The notes: a model not told the origin generated them from the letters alone. A DNA stretch of 64,000 bases from an uncultured Alphaproteobacteria bacterium (GCA_963776665.1 CAVZNQ010000042.1:4340-68339); one strand, 5' to 3'; counted from the stretch's first letter, positions 18,567-29,997 are shown. A program made the numbers and translations.

Positions 18567-18591
18567 AACGCGTTGATGTACGGACCGTTCC
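18567..18591 (-). promoter_or_regulatory. Consensus sigma-EcfG promoter (near-leaderless transcript)
   Basis: GGAAC-ggtccgtacatcaacg-CGTT, 10 nt before ATG 18556. Confidence 0.75.
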
Positions 18592-18730
18592 CAGGGGCTT
18601 AGCCCGGAGCCCGCCTCGGCGCGGGCTATGCTTTCACGCTTCGACGAGAAAGCGGCGCACTATGAGTCGCGAGTTGCAAAGGAAGCCGCGCCGTAACGGA
18701 AAATTTGCGGTCCTCGCGTACATCCGCCCT

Positions 18731-18964
18731 ATGAACCGACCCCTGCCGCTGATCGCCGGACTTCTTGGCGTCCTGTTCCTTGCCATCGCCGTCATGTACT
18801 GGTTCGTTCCAGTGGGTAGCCTTCCCTCGTTTTTCCCGGGGTTCAAGGCGGGTTCCGCTCACATCGCTGGCAAGCACGCGATTGGTTCGCTCATCATAGC
18901 GCTCGTCCTGTTCACCTTCGCTTGGCTCCAAATCAGGCGCAGAGGGCCAGGCTTTCGGATCTAG
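18731..18964 (+). CDS. Small two-TM membrane protein
   Basis: Two hydrophobic segments flanking LPSFFPGF..GS.H...KH. Confidence 0.65.
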   Translation: MNRPLPLIAGLLGVLFLAIAVMYWFVPVGSLPSFFPGFKAGSAHIAGKHAIGSLIIALVLFTFAWLQIRRRGPGFRI

Positions 18965-19984
18965 CCTCCCCGAGGCGACGCCACCACAGATGTCAGCGAG
19001 AGAAATTTTACCCGAGGACGCGCGCGTGTGGGTGGTCAGCCGCCATCGGCAACGCGAGTCCAGCTCGACCAGGAAGCCACGGGAGAAATAACGCGCGGAC
19101 GTGTATGCGTCGGGTGGTGGGTGCGCGTGGCGCGACCCTTTTCAAACGATCCGGTGTGTTTCATCCTCACGGCCAACGGCTATTTGCGGGGAGGTGGCAT
19201 GAGATCCGTCTTAAACGTGTTATTTTTTATTCCGCTTGTTACATTTGTGGCGATCATGGCCAAAAAGGCCACCAAGTCCAGGACATTCGCGATCACGCTA
19301 ACTGTGCTCGGGCCCTCATGCTCCTTTGGGCGGGCTGGATGATGGGGAACGAACCGCCATATCCTCAGTTCGCACTTGTTGCCGGGACCATCGCCATGAT
19401 GGAGGGCATGAGGGCGTTGGGAATTGGCCGGGACGAGCAATCTTAGGGGTATAGGTCCTGGTAGCTCACCGATAGCTTGCAGGCCTGAAAATGTCTCCGG
19501 GACTGGGCGCTAAGACGCCTGACGACGGGCGAGGGCCCACCTTCCTATCCTGAGGCTGGGCGTCGGACGAACAATTCAACTGCCCGGAGCCCTTCGCCCA
19601 TGCCGCCATCGGCGCGGCGTGGCGCGTCAATCACGTCTGGATCAGGATGGCGTCGGTCTCGACCGCGAGCACGACCCCGCCGACCGGAAGCCGCCAGCGC
19701 ATCTATCGGCGAAGCGGGTGACGGGGCAAGGGCGTCCTCAATCGCCGGCTGCGTCGCGTCGAGTGACCCCACTCGTCGAGGCTCATGTAGGCGACGCGCT
19801 CGCCATCCTTGAACAGCTCTACCCACCACCCGTGGTCCGGCTCCGATGACCGTCTGTGGCCATAGGCCGCTTTTGACTCTACTTTGGCGAGGCTATCACG
19901 CCGCATCTGAAGCCCCAGTGAAGCCCGGTGACGAACGAGCCTCCATACAGAATGGGTTGCAGCCGGCTAAGTCTTTGATTGCGA

Positions 19985-20060
<76 letters not shown>

Positions 20061-20189
20061 ATCGCGACTGCCAGGCGGTTCCGCTCGGCAAGGGGCGGCG
20101 TTTAGCAAAGGCGCGGGGGGCTGTCCAGCGGAAACGGAGCGGCCGCCCAATCCGTCGCCCGTACGGCCGAGCCACCGCCGCTGGCTGCG

Positions 20190-21323
<1,134 letters not shown>

Positions 21324-21435
21324 TCAAGCAGGTCCCGGGACCCGGCGTCGTGTCGGTTGGCCTTATTGCGGGCGGCGCCTTACTATTGGCTCGGACGCGC
21401 GAAACGTCCGCGCCTTGGCCAGGAGGGGTTTTTCC

Positions 21436-22032
21436 ATGCGCCTGCTTCAACGATTGCGATCGTTCGCCGTTCTGGCGCTGATCGCAGTTTCGGTTTCAGC
21501 TTGCGGCTACAACGTCATCCCGACCAAGCAAGAGGCCGCCAACGCGGCGTGGGCGGAAGTCCAGAACCAGTACCAGCGCCGCGCCGACCTCGTTCCCAAC
21601 CTGGTCGCGACCGTTCAGGGCTACGCCAAGCAGGAGAAGGATGTCTTTGTCCAGGTGACCGAGGCGCGCGCCAAGGCGACGTCGATTCACCTTAACGCCG
21701 ACGACCTGACCGACCCGGCAAAAGTCAAAGAGCTGCAGGATGCGCAAAACGCCCTGTCGGGCGCCCTCGGGCGTCTGCTTGCGGTCAGCGAGAACTACCC
21801 TGACCTCAAATCGAACCAGAACTTCCTGGCGCTGCAATCCCAGCTCGAGGGGACCGAGAACCGGATCGCCGTCGCCCGCCGCGACTACATCGCCTCGGTG
21901 CAGGACTTCAACACCACGCTCAGAACCTTCCCGAGCGTGCTGTGGGCGCAGACGGTGTTCCGCTCGATCAAGCCGCTGGTGCCGTTCACCGCCGACTCCG
22001 AAGCCCAAGCCGCGCCGAAGGTGAAGTTCTAG
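21436..22032 (+). CDS. lemA: LemA family protein
   Basis: YQRRADLVPNLV...ENYPDLKSNQNFLALQSQLEGTENRI. Confidence 0.95.
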   Translation: MRLLQRLRSFAVLALIAVSVSACGYNVIPTKQEAANAAWAEVQNQYQRRADLVPNLVATVQGYAKQEKDVFVQVTEARAKATSIHLNADDLTDPAKVKELQDAQNALSGALGRLLAVSENYPDLKSNQNFLALQSQLEGTENRIAVARRDYIASVQDFNTTLRTFPSVLWAQTVFRSIKPLVPFTADSEAQAAPKVKF

Positions 22033-22054
22033 TCCTCGAACCGGGAGCGTCCGG

Positions 22055-22828
22055 ATGCCTCGCCTGTGGCCGCGGGCCCTGATCGGCGCCCTCATCGCGG
22101 CGCTGTGGGTTGGCGCGGCGCTGGCGGCGGCGAGCTTCCCGCCGCTTAGCGGACGGGTGGTCGATCAGGCGAACATCCTGTCGCCCGTCACAGCCGCCGA
22201 CCTTGAGCGCAAACTCGCCGATCTCGAGCAGAAGTCCGGCATTCAGTTGGTCGTGGCGACCGTGTCCTCGCTCGACGGCGAGGAGATCGAGCCCTACGCC
22301 AATGAGCTCTTCCGCGCCTGGAAACTGGGCGAGACGAAGAATAACAACGGCGTTCTCCTCCTGATCGCGCCAAAAGAGCGAAGGGTGCGCATCGAGGTCG
22401 GCTATGGCCTCGAGGGCACGCTGACCGACGCCGTCTCCAGCATCATCATCGCCAACGCCGTCGCCCCTCGATTCAAAGCCGGCGATTTCAACGGCGGCGT
22501 GACGCGCGGCGTCGACGATATCATCACCGCGCTCACCACCAACTCGGCCGAATGGAAGCCGAAGCCGACCGATATGCGCCCGGAGCGCGAGGCCTCGCTC
22601 CTCGATACGCTCGCGCCGTTCCTCATTTTCCTGTTCATCATGTTCGTGATCTCGCGCATCTCCCGGCGAGGAGGCGGCGGCAACGTCATCTTCATTCCAA
22701 TGGGGACGGGCGGAGGTTTTGGCCGCGGCGGATTCGGCGGCGGCTTTGGAGGAGGCGGCGGTTTTGGCGGCGGCTTTTCCGGCGGCGGCGGCTCGTCGGG
22801 CGGCGGCGGCGCCTCGGGAGGGTGGTGA
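22055..22828 (+). CDS. TPM-domain (YgcG-like) protein with Gly-rich tail
   Basis: GRVVDQA...RIEVGYGLEG.LTD...GGGGSSGGGGASGGW. Confidence 0.92.
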   Translation: MPRLWPRALIGALIAALWVGAALAAASFPPLSGRVVDQANILSPVTAADLERKLADLEQKSGIQLVVATVSSLDGEEIEPYANELFRAWKLGETKNNNGVLLLIAPKERRVRIEVGYGLEGTLTDAVSSIIIANAVAPRFKAGDFNGGVTRGVDDIITALTTNSAEWKPKPTDMRPEREASLLDTLAPFLIFLFIMFVISRISRRGGGGNVIFIPMGTGGGFGRGGFGGGFGGGGGFGGGFSGGGGSSGGGGASGGW

Positions 22829-23430
22829 TGATTCTCGACCCGGCCGAGGCGGCGAGCGTCGAGGCGGCGTTCGATGCGGCGCAGGTCAAGACGCGCGCGC
22901 CGCTCGCCTGCGTGCTCGCAGGCGCTTCCGCCTCCCGCGACCCCGAGTTTCTGCTCGGCGCGTGTATCCTCGCGCTCGCGACGCCGCTGCCGCTCCTGCT
23001 GTTCACTGAGCTTTCCGCCCACCGTATTTACGTCGCACAGCTGCTGGTCGCCATTCTGGCCGCGGTCCTGGGTTCCCTGCCCCCGGTCCGGCGCTGGCTC
23101 GTTCCGAAGCCCTGGGCGCGCTCGGCTTGCCACCGGGCGGCGCTGGCGCAATTTGTCCTGCGCGGGATCGACCGCTCGCATTGCGGCGCGCTCGTCTATG
23201 TGTCGTTGGCCGAGCATTACATCCGTATCGTTCCGGCCGACGACGCGGCGCGACTCGTCCCCCACGCGCTATGGCAGACCGCGGTCGACGAAGCGCTGGG
23301 ACCTCTTGCCGCCGGAGCGACGGAAGCGGCTCTGACCGGGCTCGCCCAGCGCTGCGGCGATCTTCTCGCTGGACCCTTCCCGCCGGGCGAGCCGGCGGAC
23401 CCGAAACGACAACGGTTCCACATCGTCTGA
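22828..23430 (+). CDS. TPM-domain membrane protein (third gene of the lemA operon)
   Basis: Two TM segments; LVYVSLAEHYIRIV; operon position. Confidence 0.8.
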   Translation: MILDPAEAASVEAAFDAAQVKTRAPLACVLAGASASRDPEFLLGACILALATPLPLLLFTELSAHRIYVAQLLVAILAAVLGSLPPVRRWLVPKPWARSACHRAALAQFVLRGIDRSHCGALVYVSLAEHYIRIVPADDAARLVPHALWQTAVDEALGPLAAGATEAALTGLAQRCGDLLAGPFPPGEPADPKRQRFHIV

Positions 23431-23558
23431 GCGTCGAGATCGATGCGCGCGGGATCCGCCCGGCCGCGTCCAGACCGGCGTAAACCATGCCTGCGGCTTG
23501 AGATTGCGGACGTTCTCCTCTAGGAACAGGCTTGTTTTAGAAGCTTGCAGGAAACGCA

Positions 23559-24857
23559 ATGATCCCAGTTCGCGTGGGCGGAATTGGACAGCGGGCCGTC
23601 ATCGGCCTAGTCGCCATACTCGCGATCGGCGCCGTTTCGGCCCAGGCGGCGACGCCCTATCTCGTCACCGACGCCGACAGCGGGCAGGTGCTGATCGAAA
23701 ACGAGGCGACGGCTCAGTGGTATCCAGCGTCGCTGACCAAGCTAATGACGGTCTATGTGGCGCTGGACGCGGTGCGGGGCGGCAAGCTCACCCTCGACAC
23801 GCCCCTCGTGATGTCGGCGCACGCCGCACGAATGCCGCCGTCGAAAATGGGGTTCCGGCCCGGCACCGAAGTGACGCTCGACAATGCGCTCAAGATGCTG
23901 ATGGTCAAGTCGCCCAACGACGTCGCGGTGATGGTCGCCGAGGGCGTTTCGGGCTCGGTCGAAGCGTTCGCCGACGACATGAATGCAGCGGGGCAGCGCC
24001 TGGGCCTGCATGAATCGCATTTCGTCAATCCCAACGGCCTGCATGACCCCGCCCACGTGTCGTCGGCCCGCGATATGGCGATGATCGCGCGCGCGCTGTT
24101 GCGGGAGTTTCCCGACCATGCCGACCTCTTCAGCATCGGCGCGCTTCAGCTCGGCAATCAGTACATCGCCAACCATAACGGCCTGCTTGGCCGCTATCCC
24201 GGGGCCGACGGGATGAAGACCGGCTTCACCTGCCCGGCCGGTTTCAACGTGGTGGCGAGCGCCAACCACTCCGGACGGCGTTTGATCGTGGTCGTGCTTG
24301 GCGCGCCGACGGCAAGATCGCGCAACCAGGAGGCGGCCGACCTTTTCGATCGCGGCTTCGCCATGAGCGGGGGTAACGGCTCCCTGGAATCGCTGCCCTC
24401 GTCGGGCGAAGGGGCGACGAACATGCGCGCGGACGTCTGCCTGCATCGCAACGCCGCCGCGATCGCCGCCGCCGAGGAGGACGGCGCCGCCGAATCCGCC
24501 CAGGCGGCGATGCCCGCGGGCCGGGGGGGCGCGATCCCCAACCCGTTCGCGGCGCTGCTTACCCCCGTGCACACCGAGCTGTCGAACGAAAGAATCCGTT
24601 TCGATCCGGTTCGCGTCTTTCTCGGCCCGGCCCCCGGCTGGAAAGGTCCGGCGCTGGGCGCCCGTCCGACGGGTGCGGCGACCGCGTCCGACAATGCTCA
24701 AGGGGCCGACGCCAACCCGCCGGCCGCGCCCCATCACGCCAGGCAGAAGTCGAGACGAAAGCTCGCCTCCCATCCCGCCTCGGCGACCAAGACCCAGAAA
24801 ATGGTTGCGGCGAAAGCCGTCAAGCCGAAGACCGATGCCGGCGAAGGCGATAAGTAA
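23559..24857 (+). CDS. D-Ala-D-Ala carboxypeptidase (S11)
   Basis: PASLTK (SxxK), SPND (SxN), KTG. Confidence 0.93.
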   Translation: MIPVRVGGIGQRAVIGLVAILAIGAVSAQAATPYLVTDADSGQVLIENEATAQWYPASLTKLMTVYVALDAVRGGKLTLDTPLVMSAHAARMPPSKMGFRPGTEVTLDNALKMLMVKSPNDVAVMVAEGVSGSVEAFADDMNAAGQRLGLHESHFVNPNGLHDPAHVSSARDMAMIARALLREFPDHADLFSIGALQLGNQYIANHNGLLGRYPGADGMKTGFTCPAGFNVVASANHSGRRLIVVVLGAPTARSRNQEAADLFDRGFAMSGGNGSLESLPSSGEGATNMRADVCLHRNAAAIAAAEEDGAAESAQAAMPAGRGGAIPNPFAALLTPVHTELSNERIRFDPVRVFLGPAPGWKGPALGARPTGAATASDNAQGADANPPAAPHHARQKSRRKLASHPASATKTQKMVAAKAVKPKTDAGEGDK

Positions 24858-25009
24858 AATCTTCGAATGTGTTTAGTGTGAGAGCCGGGCCCGAACAATC
24901 GAGTCGGGAGCAGTCGAATTATAGCGCGCAAAAGCGGAAGATTTTTTTACATCGTGCCTTAGTTTGGCCAGTTTGTGGTCAAGCGCGCGCCGCAACGCCG
25001 GGCCATATT

Positions 25010-25148
25010 CAGGAAGTGCCGCGTGGGATCGGTCTGCGGTTAGCTCGGTTTTCTTGCCCCCCAGCCCCCGAGCGCCAAGACGGGCCGAAGGCATTCCACG
25101 AAGGCTAGCGGATCGGCGGGCCCCCTCCTAGCCGATCCGCTTTTTTTT
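25010..25148 (+). ncRNA. Candidate structured small RNA; 5' end uncertain
   Basis: Basal stem CGTGGGAT/ATTCCACG, inner stem with a C-rich loop, then a terminator. Confidence 0.4.
25108..25148 (+). terminator. Intrinsic terminator with CCCCCUCC loop
   Basis: GCGGATCGGC/GCCGATCCGC 10-bp stem + T8. Confidence 0.85.
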
Positions 25149-25173
25149 GCCCACGGCGGAATAACGATCTCCG

Positions 25174-26154
25174 TCAGTCAAACCTGACCCCCTCGTAAGC
25201 CCAGCGCTTCAGCAGGTGATGCGCGATCGCTACCGGCATCGGCGAGGCGAGGCGATCGGGGTGACGCTTCTCGAGGAGCGCGACCGCCTCGTCGCGGCTG
25301 AACCAGCGGGCGTCCTCCAGTTCCACCCGATCGATCTTGACTTCCCGGCCCTGGGCCTTGGCAAAGCAACCGATCATCAACGAGGCCGGAAACGGCCATG
25401 GCTGCGAAGTATAATACTGGACCGCGCCACAGACGACGCCGGCCTCCTCGCTGATCTCGCGCCTGACCGCCGCCTCGATCGTCTCTCCCGGCTCGACGAA
25501 TCCGGCCAGCGCCGAATACATGCCCTTCGGGAACCTGGGCTGACGACCCAGCAGACAGACATCGTCGTCGATCGCCAGCATGATGACCACTGGATCGGTG
25601 CGCGGGAAATGGGTGGCTTTGCAGATTTTGCAGTCTCGCCGCCAGCCGGCCACCGCGACCTCGGTGGGCGCGCCGCAGTTGGCGCAGAAGCGGTGATGCG
25701 CGTGCCAATGCATGAGCGCCTTGGCCGCGGCCAGCATCGCCGCCTGATCGTGCGGCACGAGGCCGCCGACCGCGATCGAACGAAGGTCGATGAGCTTCAG
25801 GTCCTCGCGGTTCGGAACGACGAGGTTTCGCCGATCGAGAAAGTCGTCGCTCGAGTCCGAGCGCAGTTCGACCGCCTCGTCCGCCAGCATGGCGACGAAG
25901 ATTGGCGCGCCGTTTGGCAAAAGTCCCAACAACGCTTCGACCTGAGCGCCTCCGAGCGCCTCGATCTGATTGATTGACAGCAGCGCGTCGAGTCCGTTCG
26001 CTGTGTTCAGCAACACCGGCATGTCGCGCGCGACGAGGAGCGCGCGTGCGTCTTCGCGGGCGCGCAGGCGGGAGACTTCGACTGGATCCTCGCGCCGATA
26101 GGATCCGCGGTCGAACCAATCGACGACAAAGCCGAGGCCTTCGAGAGCAGCCAA
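25174..26154 (-). CDS. nudC: NAD(+) diphosphatase
   Basis: FCANCG...C..C..FPRTDP; Nudix box; SQPWPFP. Confidence 0.95.
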   Translation of the reverse strand: MAALEGLGFVVDWFDRGSYRREDPVEVSRLRAREDARALLVARDMPVLLNTANGLDALLSINQIEALGGAQVEALLGLLPNGAPIFVAMLADEAVELRSDSSDDFLDRRNLVVPNREDLKLIDLRSIAVGGLVPHDQAAMLAAAKALMHWHAHHRFCANCGAPTEVAVAGWRRDCKICKATHFPRTDPVVIMLAIDDDVCLLGRQPRFPKGMYSALAGFVEPGETIEAAVRREISEEAGVVCGAVQYYTSQPWPFPASLMIGCFAKAQGREVKIDRVELEDARWFSRDEAVALLEKRHPDRLASPMPVAIAHHLLKRWAYEGVRFD

Positions 26155-26223
26155 TCCTTGATCTCCTTCAGCCGCGCTCTAGCCGGCGGATTGGCGTGGA
26201 TGCAGCGCGACGAGGCCGAAAGC

Positions 26224-26634
26224 TCAAGGATAGCGCGCCTTGAGGTTGGAAATGCGCTCGGCGTCGTAGTCGATAATGCAGCGAAGCCGCGGATCGCCGC
26301 CCTTGGCGTCCATGCCCGCCTCGAACGGCGCGACGTCCTGGCATTCCGAATCACGCCAGGCGACCCATTGCGCCTGGGCGTCAGCGAACGAGCGGCGCCA
26401 ACGCCCCTTCTGCGACGACATTAGGCCCTGACGGGTGTCGATCGATTTGATCGCCGCCTCGACCGCCGCCGCAAGTTGCCTGTCCGACTTGTCGGCGTTG
26501 GTCCTCAGGCACTCGGCAAGTTCGCGCGCGCCGATCTTGGCGGCGTCGCAGAACGATTGCGACGGGCGCGCCTCATCGGCTCGCGCCAACGGGGACAGGG
26601 CGATCACGGCGGCGGCAAGCACGAGGGGTCGCAT
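26224..26634 (-). CDS. LprI/DUF1311-family secreted protein
   Basis: Signal peptide; AQAQWVAWRDSEC. Confidence 0.75.
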   Translation of the reverse strand: MRPLVLAAAVIALSPLARADEARPSQSFCDAAKIGARELAECLRTNADKSDRQLAAAVEAAIKSIDTRQGLMSSQKGRWRRSFADAQAQWVAWRDSECQDVAPFEAGMDAKGGDPRLRCIIDYDAERISNLKARYP

Positions 26635-26666
26635 GATCAAGTTCGTCACCCGAAATAGGAGGAGCG

Positions 26667-27896
26667 TCACTGGCTCGCCTTCGCGCGCGCCGGACGGCTG
26701 AGAAAGTCACCCATGCGCTCAAGCGCGCGTTCGATGTTTTCCAGCGAGTTGGCGTAGGAGAGCCGCAGGTAGCCCTCGCCATGGACGCCGAAATCAGGGC
26801 CTCCGATCACCGCTACACCCGCGTCGTGCAGCAGGGCCGACGCGAGCGGCTTTGCCTTCCAGCCGGTGCGGGAAACATTCGGGAAGGCATAAAAGGCCCC
26901 CTTGGGCGTCGCCGCGCGAACGCCGGGGAGCCGATTAAGTCCCAGGGTCACCGCCTTTCGCCGCCGGTCGAACTCGGTCCGCATGGCGTCGACCGAATCC
27001 TGCGGGCCCTTCAGCGCCGCGATCCCGGCGAATTGCGCCGACGCATTGACGCAGGAATAGGAATTGACCGCCAGCTTCCGCGCAATGTCGCGCCAGGGCT
27101 TGGGCCACACGGAATAGCCGAGCCGCCAGCCCGTCATGGCGTAGGTCTTCGACCACCCGTCGAGCAGGATCAGGCGGTCTCGGATCTCCTGGTAGGCCAG
27201 GAGCGAGCGGTGGGCGAGGCCGTCGTAGGTCAGTTGCCCGTAGATCTCGTCCGAGAGGATCGCCGCCTTCGGCCATCGCGCGAGCCCGGCGACGAGCTTG
27301 TCGATCTCCTCGCGCGGCGTCACGCCGCCGGTCGGGTTGGCGGGCGAGTTGAGGATGACGAGGCGCGTCTCGGGCGTCATCAGCTTCAGCGCCTCCTCGG
27401 CCGAGAAGGCGAAGCCGTTCGCTTCCCGCATCGGCGTAGGGATCGGCCGCGCGCCGGCGAATTCGATCATCGACCGGTAGATCGGGAAGCCGGGATCGGG
27501 ATAGAGGATGTCGGCGCCCTTTTCGCCGAACATCATGATCGCCATGAACATCGTCACCTTGCCGCCCGGGACGATGAGCACGTCGTCGGGCGAGACTTCG
27601 ACCCTGAGGCGGCGGTCAAGGTCCTCCGCCACCGCCTCGCGCAAGGGCGCGATTCCCGTGGCGTCGGTGTAGCCGTGTTCGCCGTCGCGCAGCGCCTTGA
27701 CGGCGGCCTCGACGATATGCGGCGGCGTTTTGAAATCGGGCTGGCCGATTCCGAGATTGATGATGTCGCGCCCCTGGCGCGTGAGTTCGGCCGCCCGCGC
27801 CAGCACGGCGAAAGCGTTTTCCTCCCCGATCCGCTCGAAGGCGGGATTGATTGCAATCAAGGCGGCTGGCTCCGGTAAGGCTGCCCCTTTTGGCAA
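26667..27896 (-). CDS. PLP-dependent aminotransferase class I/II
   Basis: LGIGQPDF, NSPANPTG, SDEIY, SKTYAMTGWRLG. Confidence 0.95.
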   Translation of the reverse strand: MPKGAALPEPAALIAINPAFERIGEENAFAVLARAAELTRQGRDIINLGIGQPDFKTPPHIVEAAVKALRDGEHGYTDATGIAPLREAVAEDLDRRLRVEVSPDDVLIVPGGKVTMFMAIMMFGEKGADILYPDPGFPIYRSMIEFAGARPIPTPMREANGFAFSAEEALKLMTPETRLVILNSPANPTGGVTPREEIDKLVAGLARWPKAAILSDEIYGQLTYDGLAHRSLLAYQEIRDRLILLDGWSKTYAMTGWRLGYSVWPKPWRDIARKLAVNSYSCVNASAQFAGIAALKGPQDSVDAMRTEFDRRRKAVTLGLNRLPGVRAATPKGAFYAFPNVSRTGWKAKPLASALLHDAGVAVIGGPDFGVHGEGYLRLSYANSLENIERALERMGDFLSRPARAKASQ

Positions 27897-27974
27897 AGCC
27901 GCGCGCGGGGGGCAAGCGAAAGGACTCAGGAGAGCAGCGATCGGCTGCGGAATCTGGGCTGCGACGATCGCAAC

Positions 27975-29888
27975 TCACCCCGTTGCCGCAAGCGCCTTCT
28001 CCATCACCCTTCTCAGCCGCGCCGCAAAGGCCGGCGGGTCCTCGACGCCGGCCCCTTCCATTAGCCGCGCCTCGTCGAGCACGAGCCACGCCGCGTCCTC
28101 GATCAGCGGTTTGTCCCTGCCCTCCTTGAAGCGCTCGGCGAGCGCCTTGGTCAGCGCGTGCGTGGGATTGACCTCGAGGATCGGCTTCGCCCGCTCCGCG
28201 ATCCGCCCATGCGCGGCAAGCATCTTCTCGAGCTGGCGGTCGGGGCCGAATTCGGGCGCGATCAGGCAGGCGACGCTGTCGGTCAGGCGGTCGGAGGCGC
28301 GAACGTCGGCGACTTCGTCGCCCAGCGTTTGCTTGAAGAACGCGAACAGGGTCGCGACCTCGCCGGTCGCCTCGGCCGGGGCGTTCGCCCCCTCGATGAG
28401 GGCGATCGACTTGATGTCTGCCGCGCCCTGGCTCACCGACTTGAACGGCTTGCCGTCGAATCCCGCCGCCGTCGAAACCCAGAACGCGTCGACCGGGTCG
28501 GCGAGCAGCAGCACTTCGACGCCGCGCGCCTTGAACCCTTCGAGCTGCGGACTCGCCGCCAGGCGCTTGGCGTCGTCGCCGGTCAGGTAATAGATCGCCG
28601 TCTGGTTCTCACGCAGCGCGCCGACATATTGCGCCAGCGTCCTGTCACCCGTCGGATTGGCGGTGGACGCGAAGCGGGCGACCTTGAACAGACCATCGCG
28701 ACGCTCGGGGTCCTCGTAGAGCCCCTCCTTGATGACCGGGCCGAAATGCTCCCAGACCTTGGCGAACTTTTCGGGCTCGGCCTCGGCGAGTTTGCCGAGC
28801 TCCTGCACGACGCGGTTGGTCACGCCCTTGCGGATCGCGGCGAAGACGTCGCTCTTCTGGATGAGTTCGCGCGAGACGTTGAGCGGCAGGTCGGCGCTAT
28901 CGACGACAAGGCGCACGAAGCGAAGCCAGCCGGGAAGGAGGTCGGCGTCCTCGGAAATGAGAACGCGCCGGACATAGAGCTTGTTGCGCCCCTTTCGCGC
29001 GGGGTCGAAGAGGTCGAACGGCCGCGAGCCGGGGATGAAGGCGAGCACGGTATATTCGTGCCTCCCTTCCGCGCGCCAGTGCAGGGTCAGCGCCGGCTCG
29101 TCGAACTGGCCCGACAGGCCGTGGTAGAATTCGGTATATTCCTCGGAGGTAACGTCGGACTTGGGCTTTGCCCAGATTGCCGCGCCGTCGCCGATGCGGC
29201 GCTTCTCGGCGCCGAGTTTCTCGACGAGGTCGATAGGCACGGCGACCGCCCCCGAGTGTTCGCGCACGATGCGCTCAAGCGTCCTGGGCTGCAGAAATTC
29301 CTGCGCTTCGTCGTTGAGGTGCAGGGTCACGCTCGTGCCGCGCTTCGGCGCGTTCTCGAGCGGGAGCGGGGCTATAGTGAACGCGCCCTTGCCGTCCGAA
29401 GACCAGCGCCACGCCTCGCCGCTTCCTGCGCGGCGGGTGTCGACCGTGACTTCGTCCGCGACCATGAACGACGAGTAAAAGCCGATGCCGAACTGGCCGA
29501 TGAGGGCGGCGGCTTCCTTGCTCGCGTCCTCGGCGGCAAGCTTGTCCAGGAAAGCCTTGGTGCCGGAGCGGGCGATGGTGCCGAGGCCTTGGGTCAAGTC
29601 CTCGCGGGTCATGCCGACGCCGTTATCCGAGAAGGTGAGCGTCTTGGCGTCGGGATTGATCGTAATCTCGATCGCGAACGGAGCGCCGTCCTCGATCAAT
29701 TCGGGTTTGGCGATAGCCTCGTAGCGCAGCTTCTCGCAGGCGTCGGCGGCGTTGGACACGAGCTCGCGGACGAAAATCGCGCGGTCGGAATAGACCGAAT
29801 GGACCATGAGATGCAGCAGGCGCGAAACATCGGCCTCGAAGCTCTGGGTCTTTGCTTCACTGGTCGGGGTCTGGGCGTCGGCGGTCAA
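27975..29888 (-). CDS. htpG: Chaperone HtpG
   Basis: RELVSNAADA, DNGVGM, IGQFGIGFYS. Confidence 0.97.
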   Translation of the reverse strand: MTADAQTPTSEAKTQSFEADVSRLLHLMVHSVYSDRAIFVRELVSNAADACEKLRYEAIAKPELIEDGAPFAIEITINPDAKTLTFSDNGVGMTREDLTQGLGTIARSGTKAFLDKLAAEDASKEAAALIGQFGIGFYSSFMVADEVTVDTRRAGSGEAWRWSSDGKGAFTIAPLPLENAPKRGTSVTLHLNDEAQEFLQPRTLERIVREHSGAVAVPIDLVEKLGAEKRRIGDGAAIWAKPKSDVTSEEYTEFYHGLSGQFDEPALTLHWRAEGRHEYTVLAFIPGSRPFDLFDPARKGRNKLYVRRVLISEDADLLPGWLRFVRLVVDSADLPLNVSRELIQKSDVFAAIRKGVTNRVVQELGKLAEAEPEKFAKVWEHFGPVIKEGLYEDPERRDGLFKVARFASTANPTGDRTLAQYVGALRENQTAIYYLTGDDAKRLAASPQLEGFKARGVEVLLLADPVDAFWVSTAAGFDGKPFKSVSQGAADIKSIALIEGANAPAEATGEVATLFAFFKQTLGDEVADVRASDRLTDSVACLIAPEFGPDRQLEKMLAAHGRIAERAKPILEVNPTHALTKALAERFKEGRDKPLIEDAAWLVLDEARLMEGAGVEDPPAFAARLRRVMEKALAATG

Positions 29889-29997
29889 GGACGAACCTCA
29901 TGAATGGGACGGAAACCGCGCCGAAGCGGCGCGAGGCTGATATTGGCCGCTTCCGGTTCGGGTCAAGCCCAGGCGGCCGATTTCGAGTCGGCGCCGC

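Larger units (their letters stand above)
1..19984. mobile_element. Decayed genomic island / accessory region adjoining the tRNA-Lys 3' end (left boundary outside window)
   Basis: Dense IS remnants, gene fragments and small hypotheticals, with an abrupt switch to housekeeping genes across the tRNA. No integrase seen in the window. Confidence 0.7.

Noticed and set aside
1-19984. Intact prophage, ICE, integron or complete defence system
   Set aside because: No integrase, structural, conjugation or recognisable defence operon genes, and no regular attC-like cassette spacing
22700-22825. GGC-rich repeat as a separate element
   Set aside because: It encodes the normal Gly-rich tail of YgcG/TPM proteins
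28158-29903. Long antisense ORFs over htpG (similar ones over purL, the M16 pair, cobT, the kinase and fds)
   Set aside because: Shadows of well-supported genes; GC-rich codon bias suppresses antisense stops
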